Assembly (NCBI GenBank): GCA_038496445.1
Contig: JALMLS010000030.1
Location: 1 to 64,000, forward strand
Source: Trichosphaerium sp. ATCC 40318
Taxonomy: Eukaryota > Protista > Tubulinea
Length of the DNA stretch: 64,000 nucleotides
Direction of reading: 5' to 3'
This document shows, in pieces, positions 50,061-63,675 of the stretch. Below the pieces are notes generated by a model. That model was given only the letters and a program-made list of their open reading frames with translations, was not told where the DNA came from and made no database searches. Position 1 is the stretch's first letter. Every line of letters starts with the position of its first letter. The position numbers and the translations under genes were made by a program.

Positions 50061-51322
50061 TTACTTATTGTCCACATTGGTTGTATCTACTTGAGATGGA
50101 TTCGAAAACCACGACGCAATACTTGATAGAAAATCTCTCCTCTTGTACTTGTTAGCTTCCTTTAGTATCTCCTTAGCCCCCTCAACATCAATGTGTTCTA
50201 TATCATCCGCAATAGTTGAAATGTTTTGCTCCGCTACCAAATTAGCTACCTAAACAGCAATTTATTTTTGCATTTAATTGTACAAAAGTACGTCGCTCAT
50301 GATCTCATTTAACATCTTTACGCCCGTCTCTAAATTATGAGAAGCTACTCTATGTATTTCAGGTTAGAGACAGTATAGCTACACGATTCTTATCTGCAAG
50401 TGACTCTTTATCAGCAACAGGTTCAGGCATTTTTTCAGTTCTGAAGAAAACATTCAACTGAGTATTGTGAAGGTCTTCACCGTTTAAATGTAACGTTTTC
50501 TATAGAATTCAAGTGTTAGCTCTTTGTAATGAAGTACGAAACTTGCGTACTTTATTGTTTTGGATACTGACTTTATCTTTAACCGTATGAGAGTTGCTTT
50601 CAATTGCGACAATTGGATCTGTGGTATCAAAGGTTACTAGCACGTTTGACTCTTTTGTGGATGGAATCCGTGAGGTTATTGATAAAATAAACTCAACCCA
50701 GTCGGAAGCAGGCAATAGCTCTTGAGTGTATACAACCTGAGACGCGTAAGAGAGTGAGTACATATCTGGAAAATGAAACTGCAAATAAAGAAAAAAAAAT
50801 ATGTACAGTCACTTGACATTTATCCTTTGGTTGCAAACTACCTATGTGTAGCTTTAATCTTGTATCTATTTCTTTAACAGCAAGGTCACTACCTCCACAA
50901 GCAGTGGTATCATCTACATTCAAATCACATAAATAATTCTTTGCGTAGATCCTTCAAGATCACTGTTTGTTTGTACCCTCAGCTACTTCATTATTTTCCT
51001 TACAAACACTTATTGTTTTTCCATCTCTCTTAACTTCAAAATGGCATAAGTGAGCTCTAAGAATGTCAAAGTTGAACCTAATTGCGTGTTTAGCCAAGTA
51101 AACTCTTAGCGTTAACACTTAATAGACGCACATCACTTCAGTAGGATTGTCAGAGTTGTTTGAAAAAGAAAATTGTGTTTCAACATTAGCAGTACAATTT
51201 GTAATAACAGCGTTGATAAAAACGTTATTCATAAGTAAAGGACAGCAAGACGAGGAATATACGCCAAACTCGCATGGTTCTGCAACATTTAGCTCTGGTG
51301 TACCTTGAATGAGCCCTGTCAT
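50061..51322 (-). CDS. VIT (vault inter-alpha-trypsin) domain protein without an evident vWA domain
   Basis: VFINAVITNCTANVETQFSFSNNSDNPTE, CHFEVKRDGKTI, LHIGSLQPKDKCQVT..YTQEL, IESNSH. Confidence 0.65.
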
Positions 51323-52439
51323 GAAACCAACACGATTTAACAGTTGTTGATCCTTTCGGGTTTCAATTCTTTCAGAAAGTAAAGTTCGGACTTAAGTCAC
51401 TTCATTGGGTTCCAAGTCACGCGTAACTGTTAACAGCATAACTGAGTCGATTCAAATTTGCGATGACGGTGATAACGAACTCCATGATGCTAATATAATA
51501 ACACAAACTGATGATAGTTTCGTTATGGAATTGGGGAGGCAGTGGTTGAAAATCCTGCAAGTAAAATTCTCCGTTTAGAAAACTGCTAAACTGTATTTTA
51601 TCACTTGGTAACATGTAGTAAAACGTCTCCAAAATCTGAGTATTAAAAAGAGCGTTGTTACAAGCATGCCGCTGTATGTTCTCAAGTTGAGACAATCGAA
51701 TTGTCACGTCATTGAGTGCTGTAGTTCAATTATTTTCTTACCACGTGATAAAGTATAAAGACTGGCATCATGTTGTCTGGCAGCCATGTATAAATAAGTG
51801 CCCATATGTTACAGCTAAGCTTGAATGAATCATTGTAGAACTAAAAAATAAACTAACCACCTTCATACCTTTTCTAGACCGTTTGTATTCCTCTTTTGCT
51901 AATCCCACAAGTTTTTTCAATAACAACTAGCGCATTTTTATGCAACCATGTACTCATAAATAGTGCCGGGTGGCAGCATTACGATTCCTTTCGACGCATT
52001 GTGCCTACCCAAAAACCTATCCAAAACTAACACCAAAATCAAAACCAACAACAAAACCAATACCAAAACAAACAACGACAACAAAAACTGACGCTGGAGT
52101 TGGGTTTGGTGTGGCTTAAGGGCCTGGGTCATGTTAAGAAAGAAAAGTTTACTTGATAATCTTGCTTTGGGCAGGTGTGCTTTTAACACTGGGCACCTTC
52201 CAACATGATACTCATCTGAAACTAATGCATTTGCAATTCTGTGTCAGGTTCAGGAGTGCTTGGTTTCGATAGTGCACCATCCGGTCTTTTTTTAACTCCC
52301 AGTACATGAATTACATGTTGAACCATGAATACAATGCTTGTAGAATATCCAAATCTTAATGCTATATTATGTTGCGGTTGTATATGCAAGAGTTGTGAAT
52401 TTAGATCTGCAACCTGTTCAGCTTGTAGACATATGTTGT

Positions 52440-52748
52440 TGGTTGCCGTTTGTGTTAGGCCACGCAAAGAAGGATACAGAAATGTGCTAGACGTGCATAA
52501 TGGATGCTGTAGAAAGTAGAAGTCGTGGTAATATATTCACTTATCAGGGAGTGAATATGACGATTGCTGTATGTGATCAAAAGTTGTGCAATGGTACGTT
52601 ACGCTTAATAATGTTTCAGTACAGTATTTTCTGACTATTGGATAGCAAAGCACAAGAATTGGGCTGGTGGTGCTGTGATAGTGGTAGCGATAGTGACAGC
52701 GATGATAGCGACAGCGATAGCGGTAGTAATAGTGATGATGATTGCTAG
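52440..52748 (+). pseudogene. Degenerate paralog of the Cys-rich segment at 44853-45100, with a Ser/Asp-rich tail
   Basis: Inverted nucleotide similarity to 44845-45030 (e.g. TGTGATCAAAAGTT..GCAATGGTAC; CTATTGGATAGCAAAGCA), frameshifted; ends CCDSGSDSDSDDSDSDSGSNSDDDC*. Confidence 0.55.
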
Positions 52749-53042
52749 CTTAATGCTCTTCTTCACTGACTGTCTTGACGTTTCTATTACAAAGTAATTC
52801 CTACGGTTAATTGTAAATAAACCACAAATACTGTTTCTGTCGGAACGCCCCTTGGTTTATTGTCACTTCAAAAAAGTACTGTAGTAGGCGGTTCGAAAGT
52901 AATACATAGCCATCCCGAATGTTAAATATAAGATTTAGGCTTATGTTTGAGAAAGCTTGATTTCCTCTTCAAGTTGTCCATTTTTGCCTTGATTTAAGTT
53001 CATCCGTTCTTTATTAATGTGCTAAACAGCTCCAAAACACTC

Positions 53043-56000
53043 ATGAAACTTCTTATTCTATTGTTGGTGTTACAGCTCTACTCGCTCTCGTTGGCAGAGG
53101 TCAGTTTACCGCACGTGTTGTCAAACGGCGCTATTTTTCAATCAAACTACAAGTACGGTGCGAGGGCTTTTATTTGGGGGTCAGCAAACCCAGGAGAAGC
53201 AGTAACAGTAAAACGTTCGTTACAAATCAATAAAACATGTTCGCACGCTAACAAAACACTATTAGAGGACAAAAATGTTTACAACGTTAACGCTGGATCA
53301 GATGGGAAATGGAAGCTTCAACTGAACCCAAACCGTGCACAGAACATAGAATTTACTGTTACAGGTATTTTTTGGCCATTACCATGGTCTTAATCTGTTT
53401 TCTTGTTAAAAGATTTACTAAGGCGAAAGTGGGCCTGCGAAAACTATTCAGAATGTTCGATATGGTGACGTTTATGTATGTGCTGGTGGAGCTGATATGG
53501 CTATGCCTATGAGCGCTATCATCAATGCTACAGCTGAGATAAACACTGCTTCGAAATATACAAGTAAAATTCAAATCTACACAACTCAGAAAGGTAACTA
53601 CAGAAAAAGGTTTATTACTCGCTTACTCGTTGCGTAAGGTTGGCAACCATGCACTGTTGAGGACATTCGGGAATTCTCCGCTCTTTGCTACTTGACTATT
53701 CGTTCAATCATTGATGAATACTACCATACTCTTCCAATTGGTATAGTTCTGGGTACTCACGTTTTAAACAGTTTCGTAACTACAAAGCTAACTCGTATTA
53801 GAAACTGATGTTGATGCTGATTTAAAAAGCTGGTCTCCTCCGAGTGCACTTGATAAATGTAAAGTCAAAGGAACCTCAGAAGCATGGCAAAATCAGATTT
53901 ATCCATTGACAAACATGTCAATTCGAGGCGTGTTGTTCGATCCAGGTACGCACCTTAACGTTGTGCCACATATGTAATAATATGTTCTGTTCCATAGGTT
54001 TCGTAGATGCTGGATTGTCGCAAACCGAGTACGAGTGTGTTTGGAAGAATATGATAAATACTTGGCGTGATGTCTGGCAAATGGGAGATTATGCTTGGAA
54101 CTTTGTTCAAACATCAAGCACGAACACAGCAATGTTGAAGTACGTTACTGAATACTCACTAATTACAAATGTATCCCACCTTATACAAGAGTACTAATGA
54201 ACAACATTTAGAGTGATGCAAAGCTCTGCAATGCCAAGCTACGATATCCAAACAACTGGAATGGCTGTGTCATTAGATCTAAACGATCCAGAATCAAAGA
54301 CAAAAGGCACAACAAGATACAAGTCAATACAAGCACAACGTCTTGCAAGTGCAACATTACACTCTGCATTCGCTGTTCAATATCCAAACGTATCTTCAAG
54401 TCCTCAACCGTTGTCTTTTGAATACGATACTTCAAAACAACAAATTGTAATCACGTGGGAGTATGGTTCTGATTTGATCCTCAAGAGCTTATCTCATTGC
54501 ACATCATGTTGTAAAACACCTTCAAGTTTGTTTCAAGCATTCGATGCTAAAGAGAACAAATGGGTAAATGTGAGTGATGTTCAGATTTCTAAAATCAAAT
54601 CAAGTCTCAGTTTCAATGGTTTTGAAGGCTCCATTACAAAGCTCTCATATAATCTTGTCTCAAATCCTGAGTGCTCTGTTTACAACGAACAAGGTAAGTA
54701 CTTGTGGCTTCCTGTTACCTTCCTGAAGTTGTCTGATCGTTTAACTTGTATTTTAGGATTCCCAGCTTCGCCTTTTGTTGTTTCTATCAATCCTGGATTG
54801 AACCACTTGAAGCCTCATATCATCGAAGAATCAAAGCTGTTACAGTCAGTGTACAACCGAAATGGCTTAAAACTTGACAATAATGCTGCACCGTGAGTCG
54901 TAACTTTGCCTTTCAAGTCAATTTACTTTTGTTTAGTACACCTCCTCTTGGGTTTAACAGTTGGAACTTCTTTCATACGAACATCAATGAACGCTTATTA
55001 CGTGAGACAGCTGATGCCATGGTATCACGTGGTATGAAGGCAGTTGGATATCGATACGTGGTACGTACCGATACTTTTTTTATACTGTTCTCACTTTCTA
55101 ATGCTTGCTGCCCTTAGAATATTGATGATGGTTGGCAAGTTGCTCGTCATCCAAGTGGACAGTTCGATGATGTGATAGTACCTGATCCTGTTCGATTTCC
55201 TTCAGGTACTAAACTCTTGCTGCTAAAAATAGTCAAGTAACAAGTACCCATTAGGTATGAAATCTCTTGCAGATTACATACACAAGCAAGGTTTGAAGTT
55301 TGGTGTTTACACTGCGAGAGGAACAGGAACATGCCAGGTAACATAAAATACATACTCCTACCACGTGCTAACAATGACGTAGGGCAGACCAGGTAGTAGA
55401 GGGCATGAAAAGACTGATGCAACAACTTATGTAGCATGGGGTGTTGATTACGTTAAAATAGATCAATGTGAGGATACAGGACCTCCAAGAACTAGCTGGG
55501 GTACGACTCGTTTTGTTTTTTTTTAATCATCAAGCTAAGTACTGTACTAGGTGCATTCAGAGACACTTTTAAATCTCTCAATGCATCAGTTTGTATGAGC
55601 GTAGAGTCATGTGGAACTGTGAGTGGATGTGGAGAATGGGTTGCTGATTATGGTTAGTTTCTTGAATAAAAGTCTTTCGAATTGTTTATTAAATGCCCTC
55701 TTTACAGCAAACTCATGGCGTATTGGTCGTGATATACAAAACACTTGGAGTTCAGTGATTTCGGAGATAGATCTTGATTCTACATTAGGCAGTCTTGCTG
55801 GTCCTAACCGTACAGTTTTCTTCTCATGTACCTTTTTTTTCTTCCAGTTTAATTTGGTTTTCAGATTGGAACGATCCAGACATGTTGGTGGTTGGAGATG
55901 TTGGTCTGAGCTATGAAGGTGTGTTAAATTAATAGTGTTTGAATGCTAAGAAATTGCTTACAATCTTGTGTAGAACAAAAATCTCATTTCAGTATGTGGT

Positions 56001-56487
56001 GTATGCTTGCTGCACCTCTTCTTGCAGGAACGAATCTAATGACAATGAGCGATGAAACAACAAGTCTTTTTACACCACCTGAAGTTGTAGCAGTTAACCA
56101 AGATCCTCTTGGTATTCAAGGAACAACGCACGTGCCAGAAAGAAATCTAATGTACACGAACGAAACTCAACGTACCTTAGAACACCGTCTGCAAACGCGA
56201 ATGTTCGTATTTGGCAAAAACGATTAAAGTCAGGTGCTATAGCAGTAGCTATGTTGAATGTAGGATCATCAAAAGAGAGTGGCACTGTATTCTTTGATGA
56301 CATCGGATTCTCAAACACAACAAAGGTTTGTTCTTTACTTCTTTGTATGTACACTTATATTGAATGTACCTAGGCTAATGTGAGGCTTTTGTGGGAGCGT
56401 AAGGATGCTGGAGTATTTGAAAGATACTATTCTTATAAAGATATACCTCCTCATGGAATTGAGATGGTTACATTACAACCAGTATAA
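53043..56487 (+). CDS. Secreted fusion of a sialate O-acetylesterase-like (degenerate) domain and GH27 alpha-galactosidase, copy B
   Basis: Same architecture as copy A, in inverted orientation; YVKIDQC, WRIGRDI, WNDPDML. Confidence 0.9.
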
Positions 56488-57072
56488 GTGAACGAGAAAT
56501 AAACCGTTTACAGCATGCAAGAACTCCACTTTTTTTTATACCAATCAAAATATCACCCAAAGAGTGTAATAACGTGGTTACTTGTGTAAGCTACTCTCTG
56601 TAACTACGCTGATTGTTTCCCCCGGAAACACAATAGCACGTTTCTAAAAAAAAAATTTACGCTTGGCAATGAAGCCCAAAATTGCGAATTTCCTGTCAGT
56701 AGAGCTTCGAAAAAAAGTTCTAAATTATAAAATGTAAATAGCCAAGCGTTGATATTGCTACCAATGCAATCTGAGGTTTTACTAATAAACAACCCTCTTG
56801 CCTTCAAAAAAAAAATAGAAAACTCGCACAAAATTAGCGTCTTGCTTAAATAAGCCTGACACACCCACCTCCACCTCTCCTACGCGTATGAACGACATAC
56901 ATAGTGGAAACTTTTAAGTTGCCGTCAACATTGTTGGCTTTTAAGAGACCCGACAAGTCTTTGAACAAATAGGAGTGGCGAATCTGTGTTGTACTATATA
57001 ATGTAACGCGGTGCGTCTGCATTTAAGCTTCGCTTAAGTCAAACAAAACAAACTTTGAACACAGTTCTCATT

Positions 57073-60000
57073 ATGAAGTTGCACGAAGTACTTCTCGTAT
57101 TAGTTTGCTTAATAGCAACTTGCATTGCAGAACGCAATATAACAATAGGTACTGTACAACTAGCTTAAAAGCTATTGAACTAATTGTGTAAACAGGTGTT
57201 GTTTATAATCCAGGACGTACAGCTTTCCGTGATAATGTAAGGTACCGTGATATATCAGATAGCGAAGTTTCTCGTCAGTCATCGAAAAAAAAAAAAAAAA
57301 TGTACTTCTGTTTTTTCGTACTTATTTTTGTTGTTGCCTATAGAATCTTGTTCGACTACATCGAAGAATGGATAGTAGAGAATGACGCTTTTGTAGAAAT
57401 AAACGGTGAAAAAGTCGGGTTTCATTACGAGTACGTCTTTACCCTTGAATACACGCTATTGCGCGATATACAACCCCTCTCTAAAGATGGTTATGTTGCA
57501 TTGTTTTTTTTTTCGAGTACTTTACAGTACTTCCTTTTAGGACTTACCTTTTTTAGGATTAAAGAAGGGGAAGGAAACCAGACTGTTGTAAACCAAATAT
57601 ACACGGACTGGTTTAAGGATAACTCAACTTCTTTATTTATCGCACCGGACTCCCGACAGTCGCAACCTATAGTAGACCTAGCGGAGCAAGAACGTGTATT
57701 ACTAAGTACGTACTTCCTAATTTTTAATAAACTTCAAGTAAACAACTTCTTTTTTTGGGTTTGGTTCTGCATAGAACCGAAAAATTATCGCTTTGCTTTT
57801 ACGATATCTATTATTTGAGGCGAAAACAGTTTATTGTGTTGTCAGAAAAACCTCGTAACAACTCGTATTAACTTTTTTTTGTTCCAAAAAGTGTCTACTG
57901 GTAACGAGTTCAACCAGCTTGCTGCAGGAACAAGCTACTCTCTATCTACTGGTCTAAACGCTGAATCTTCATTCCACGTATCTCTACCTAACTTAAGAAG
58001 AGTTGGTGCTAAGACAGTTACATTATTTTATTCGGAAGGAGATGATATAATATCAAGGAGGTACGTCGGCTTTATACCTTATTATCACGTTAAAACACTT
58101 TGTAGATGCCACAGCGAGCTGTTTCGTGATGAGTTGGCACTTCAGGGTTTCACTGTAAAGTCAGAGTATGCAATATTAGATCGTAAGTTGAAGTTTTTTT
58201 TTATCCTGTTCAAGTCTGACCAGGCACTAGCTCCAAATATATTTGCCGTCGCTTCAGGACCTCATGATAACTATCCAGATGATGTAAAAAGAAATATAAG
58301 TGCTACAGCACTTCTTGCTAAGGATGACGATGCTGATGCATGGTACAGTCTTCACGCAAAAAAACCCGGTTTCTTAAACCCTTAAAGGTTGTATTGTACA
58401 ATTCTTTTCGATGCTACAGGCCTCATGATGAAGACCTTGAGAGATGAAGATTATACACCGAGATATGTTGGTCTCACTCACGGTATTCATGACTTCGTTT
58501 TTTTATTTGATACCGACTTGTGGTGGTACACGTGTGGAACAGGACTGGTACGCATTTCAAATATCTTCTTGCAAAAATTTATGTTTCGCAGTCGCACACG
58601 GACACAAAGTTTCCGAAGACTGATATGTTTGGCACATACAAAGAAGTTGAAGAAGACCTATTCAGTCGTGGTGTAACTCAATTTCATGACTCGTTCCCTA
58701 GTCTTCTAGCAATGTTTGCAATGTTCCAAAAAACCATAAATATCGCTGTTGAAAAATACGGGTCAAGAGTGGCAGTACGTATAGATAAAAACTACTGAAG
58801 AAAGACTGACACTTTTGTTTTAGTTGACTGCCGAATCACAGCTTGTACTTCTACAAGAAACCAACAGCTCTGGATGTAATGAAAAAAACGTGCGTCTTTC
58901 GAAAGCTGTTCTTTCGACTTATGTGTTTTAGATATACGACGTACTTTATGATGAGATTTTCCGTCTTAAACTTGACACTATAACTGGACGCTACTCTTGG
59001 GATTCAAATTCCGCACAACAAAGAGATTGGTTATTATTACAGAGCCACGAAAAAGGAACAGTTGATCTAATAGGTACTCGACTCATCCAACACCATTCAA
59101 CTAAACATATTTGTTAGCGCCTATAAGGACAGAAATCAAAGAGCTTATATATCCAATGCCAACATGGAAAGAACGTATTTTTGATCCTCAATATGGTACC
59201 ATCTTTTAGAAGAAGCTAGCACTTGACGAAACCCTTTGAAAATAATAGTTTGTTAGGCCATTGGTCAGAAGTGTTTATAACTATTATTGCAATTGTATTT
59301 TTCCTTGTTAACATTTCTTGGCTGATATTCTTGATACTAAACATTAAAGACAAAAAAGTAAAAGTATGTCGAGTATCCTTATCACGTGGATTTTTTGTGA
59401 TCTTTCACCTTTTTTGCAGAAGAAATTGGTGGTTTATTTTTTCTCTAGGGATCATCACCTCTTTTCATGGGTATCATGCTCTTCGGTAGCAGTATTCTCA
59501 TTGGAAGTGTTTTTACTCTTCTTCCTAATGTAGTGACTACAACAGGTTGCTACTTCAGAGCGTGGATGCTTGATCTTGGTTTTATATTATTATTTGGGTA
59601 TGAAGTGTTCAACTTTGTTGAGTTTAATACTAATAACACCTTTAAGGCCTTTGTTCGCAAAAACCCTTCGTATAGAGCGCTTGTACTCCAACAAAACAGC
59701 AGAAGTTTTTAAAATTACAGATAAAACAGTGCTTCTTTGGGTTCTTGTACTTGTTGGTGCTCACACTGTTTTGTTGATTGTTGCGGTATGTGACTAGTAT
59801 CTATAATCTCGCTGTGAAACTAAAGTGTACATACTAGTCCGTTGTCGGTCTGCCGAAGAGAGGAATAGTTGTACTAGATGCTATTCGAGTCAATAATAAT
59901 TACTATAGCTGCGAAATGAAGCCTGGATATGACATTATTGTGTACATCATTGCTGCTTGTAACGTAAGTTTTATTCTTTGTGCAAGATACTGAACTCTTT

Positions 60001-60442
60001 GATAGGGTGTATTACTACTGGTTACAAGCATTGTAGCTTTTAGAGTTCGATTGATACCAATCAAGCAGTTTAATGAGTCCAAACTCATTTTCTTTTCTGT
60101 TTACAATGTAACTTTTTTCTCATTGCTTTGTTTTGCTCTTGCGCTCTCCCGTATAGAAAGATTTACCCAGTTCTTCCTTCTATCTTTGTTCATTATATTG
60201 GGATCCAGTACGAACATTTAAAAAAACCCTACTTGCACGTGATATTAACTTGTTGTTAGCTATTACTGTCAACTCTATTTTCTTGCACAAGACACGTTTT
60301 TCAACTTTCTTGGCAAGTGTAAACTCGTCTAGGTCATCTTCTGTAGGCACTTCTTATACAAAGTGCGTCAAAAACTTTTCATACCTATCATTAAATATTA
60401 TTTAGAAATACAACCGTCACGGAGTCAGAATACAACTCGTAG
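57073..60442 (+). CDS. Class C (family 3, GABA-B-like) GPCR
   Basis: Signal peptide; periplasmic-binding-like ectodomain; YPMPTWKER; 7TM with GSSPSFHGIMLFG, CYFRAWMLDLGFILLFG, LFAKTLRI, AFRVRLIPIKQFNESKLIFFSVYNV. Confidence 0.88.
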
Positions 60443-61103
60443 AGCCCGTAAAAGTAAACAACTATTCAATCGAATAAATAAATTAAGAAGTTTACCTTAT
60501 TCTATGTAAGTTTGCCAAAGTGATCACCTTTCTCCGCTTACAGTAATGAATAATATGATACAAGTGGAATGGCCTACTAACCTTGGAGGTACAATAGTTT
60601 TAATTTTCTGAGGATGTATTGTTTATGTTCGCTAAACAAAATCCACAAACATCAGAGTAATTATACATTCCTCCGTTACTAAAGAGTCTGATACGTACAC
60701 TCTATGAACACCACTTAGAGCTTTACACCTCCATCTGCGACTAAATTACCACCAAATGAGAGGTGAATAGTATGAACACCAGCCAGCGCCTTTATACTTT
60801 CGTCACAGACAGTCTTCACATGAAAGGTTTCTGCAACTACCGTACGCTTTGATCTCGTTGCCAAATAGAGTGCACGTTATTTCCACAGCCGACAAGGTAC
60901 TGCAAATCACGTGATTGTTTTTTAGGCCTAGCTTGTAGTTTTCGTGGTTCCCCACAATCGCCAAAATTCACTTGCATTAGCTTATTACATGAAGACAACT
61001 GTATACAAGGTACTGTCCAGAAAGACTCTGAAGCTGAAGTCAACAAGTTTCATATCCAAATTAGTCTTTGTTCTTCAAGGATAAAGCCAAACTGACTACA
61101 GTG

Positions 61104-62253
61104 ATGTCTAGGAAGAAAAAGAAGCTTGAGGGCAAACATTTGGCTCAGTTTCTCATTGATGAGTATGTTGAGCTTGGTGGAGACATTAACGACCTGATAC
61201 AAACTCTTGACGCTAAAAACGCTTCAATGCGTATACAAGGAGAAGAACTAAGCCCTGAGATATGGCAAACAATATTTATAAGGGTAATTAACACAAAACC
61301 GCCTAAATCTATCACCACATTACGCAGTGTATGCAAAAGATGGCAAGGGATAATCTCTAACGTGAGTTTTTGGAAACAAACCATAAAGTTCTATTGGGAC
61401 CTCGAGTTACGTGATAACGTTGATGAGTGGCGTAAGATAACACGTTACTTTATTCACCGCCAAGCTTATGGCACTCTAAACGAAGAAGCAAGCGAGCATG
61501 GCTTAAAAATAGCTGAAAAAAAGAGGCAGGCATACGCTGAGAATACTTCAAGGTGCGCGTATGCTAAAACACTTGCATTTCGTGTTGTTTAGGTATAAGT
61601 ACATCTAGCGGTTAACGGTTTATGTAACTGATGTTTAAGTATCCATCACGTGACGTATCTTGCTAATCTTGGGTGTAGGAAAGGTTTCAAATTGAAGGAT
61701 TGGTCGTTTACGTCTTACCGGGCTGCTTTTTCTTCTCATAGTCTTACGTTCCTTACAATTAAAACAGTAATACTTTTCCAAGTTTGCTACAGTGATAGCA
61801 CCGATGAATATATCTCAACAAAGGGAGAAATGATGTTTGTACATGATGGTGGTCCTCCTAAAAAAAAGACTGAGGCACGTGTCTTCAAAAGGTTATTTAC
61901 TGACATACTGCCAAAAGCGCTTTACTTTCACGCCTAGCCCGCCTGCTGACTTTGGATTCGAGTACTGGGTAAAATGGCCTGATTTAGTGGCGTTTGCAGA
62001 CAAGGCCGGTCCTTTGCTGGGTTACAATGTAACTGAGGATACAGACAAAATTGCATTTCTTTCACTTCTTTCTGGACATTACGATAACGTTGAAGCTTTT
62101 ATAAGGCGTGATGATGGAGACCTTAAGTATAATGTAAGCTATGCTAATAATAATGCCTTCGAAGAAATCTGCGAAGAATATGACGTAGAAGACGATACTG
62201 GTTGTACTTCTTCAGATGTTGACGATGACCACTATGGCTCAGACTGGTGGTGA
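61104..62253 (+). CDS. F-box protein with acidic C-terminus
   Basis: ELSPEIWQTIF...TLRSVCKRWQGIISNVSFWK; later exons end EYDVEDDTGCTSSDVDDDHYGSDWW*. Confidence 0.7.
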
Positions 62254-62979
62254 ATGTACAGCCAAATAAAGCCTTGCTTCAATCCAAATGATTCGTAAAG
62301 TACCGACCGAAAATACAACTAAGTCCGCTGAGTTACGTGAAGCACGCTTTTTGTTACCTTGGTTTTACGTTTGTGCTTGGCAACAAGTACAGAGATGAAT
62401 CATCATCAAAGCAAAAGAAAAAGTGCAAGTTGCTAAATACGGTCTTCACCCTCAAATCCTAAACTCACCAGAAATGTGTCACACAAAAAAGCGCTGTTCT
62501 AATTCTACAGGCAGTCAATGAACCTATTTTGAACGATAGAACTGGCACTCAAACCAATGTTAAGCATGAGACACGTATGAATGAATTTTATAACAGTGGA
62601 TTGAACCTTCTAGCGTATTTTCTACAATACTTGCTCTACAAGAGTACAAACAATACGCCAGTTCCGTTTTAAGCGTAACGACTACCCAAAACAATCACGT
62701 TTTCGCGATTGTAGACATGTTCGCAAAGAAAACCTTACAACTTCACTGGTATTCCCACACTATGTCCAGTCACGTTACTATTGCGTTGGCAATACAAAAA
62801 ATGCTTTAGACGACGAAAAAGAACTACCACAAGAGAAAACAACAAACAAGTTCGATTTCAAAAGTACCTACTCGACCATTTTCAAAATACCTCCCTTACT
62901 TAAAGTCGATGACATACCAAACCCATCAATAGTGAGTACCCCTTATGTAGCAATGTGTTTCAGAGTAATAAATTACCTC

Positions 62980-63675
62980 TAGGAGATTGAGAAGAATGGG
63001 AAACGTCGCATTAAGTCAGGCATATCAAATCCAAATGATATCGTTTCACAGCGTAGTTGTAATGCTATAGATAAAACTATAAGGGAGTTGGATGATATAG
63101 AACTTATTAATAAGCGCCACCCACTTCTTGGCGTGGCAGTAATCTATGGTATGGACAAGCAAAGTGATGAAGGGAAAGAAGAATCTACACAACAGGTTCA
63201 ATCCAAAGTTTTCACTGAAACTGATTTAACTTATTCTTCTAGATGGCTCAGCGATTTGCTTCAACTTTACACAATAATTGGAATCTCAGGTAAGAATTTC
63301 TAGTACAACAGATTTGTTTGTTCTACACAGAACAAACTAACATTGAAACAACAGATTTGATGATTGCGATTCTGGTGTTCTGTTATTTATATCAGTATCA
63401 GATAAGGTGGCTGCTATTGCACATGGAAGGGATGTAGCTCACCTGTTATCTCCTGCGCGAAAAAAGACAATCCAAAAGCACATAATCAAAGATCTAAAAC
63501 ACCGTACGAGTTCATTTTGTACTCCTCTCATTGAACCATTTGTAAGGACGTTACTATTTGGAGGCGCCAGACATGGGAGTGAGATATATTAATGACAGTC
63601 TCCGTGGAGTGAATATAGAGTGGGTTATGCATGTTGTACAATTGATTAAGGTCACAGCATTTTTAATTATTTGGT
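62980..63675 (+). CDS. Unidentified intron-containing gene or gene remnant
   Basis: Protein-like ORFs at 63088 and 63407 bounded by GT-AG intron-like segments; no recognisable motif. Confidence 0.3.

Noticed and set aside
52222-52560. Minus-strand peptide loosely resembling a KDZ/Zisupton transposase C-terminus
   Set aside because: Homology with 44845-45030 and the shared intron show the coding strand is +, encoding a Cys-rich remnant.
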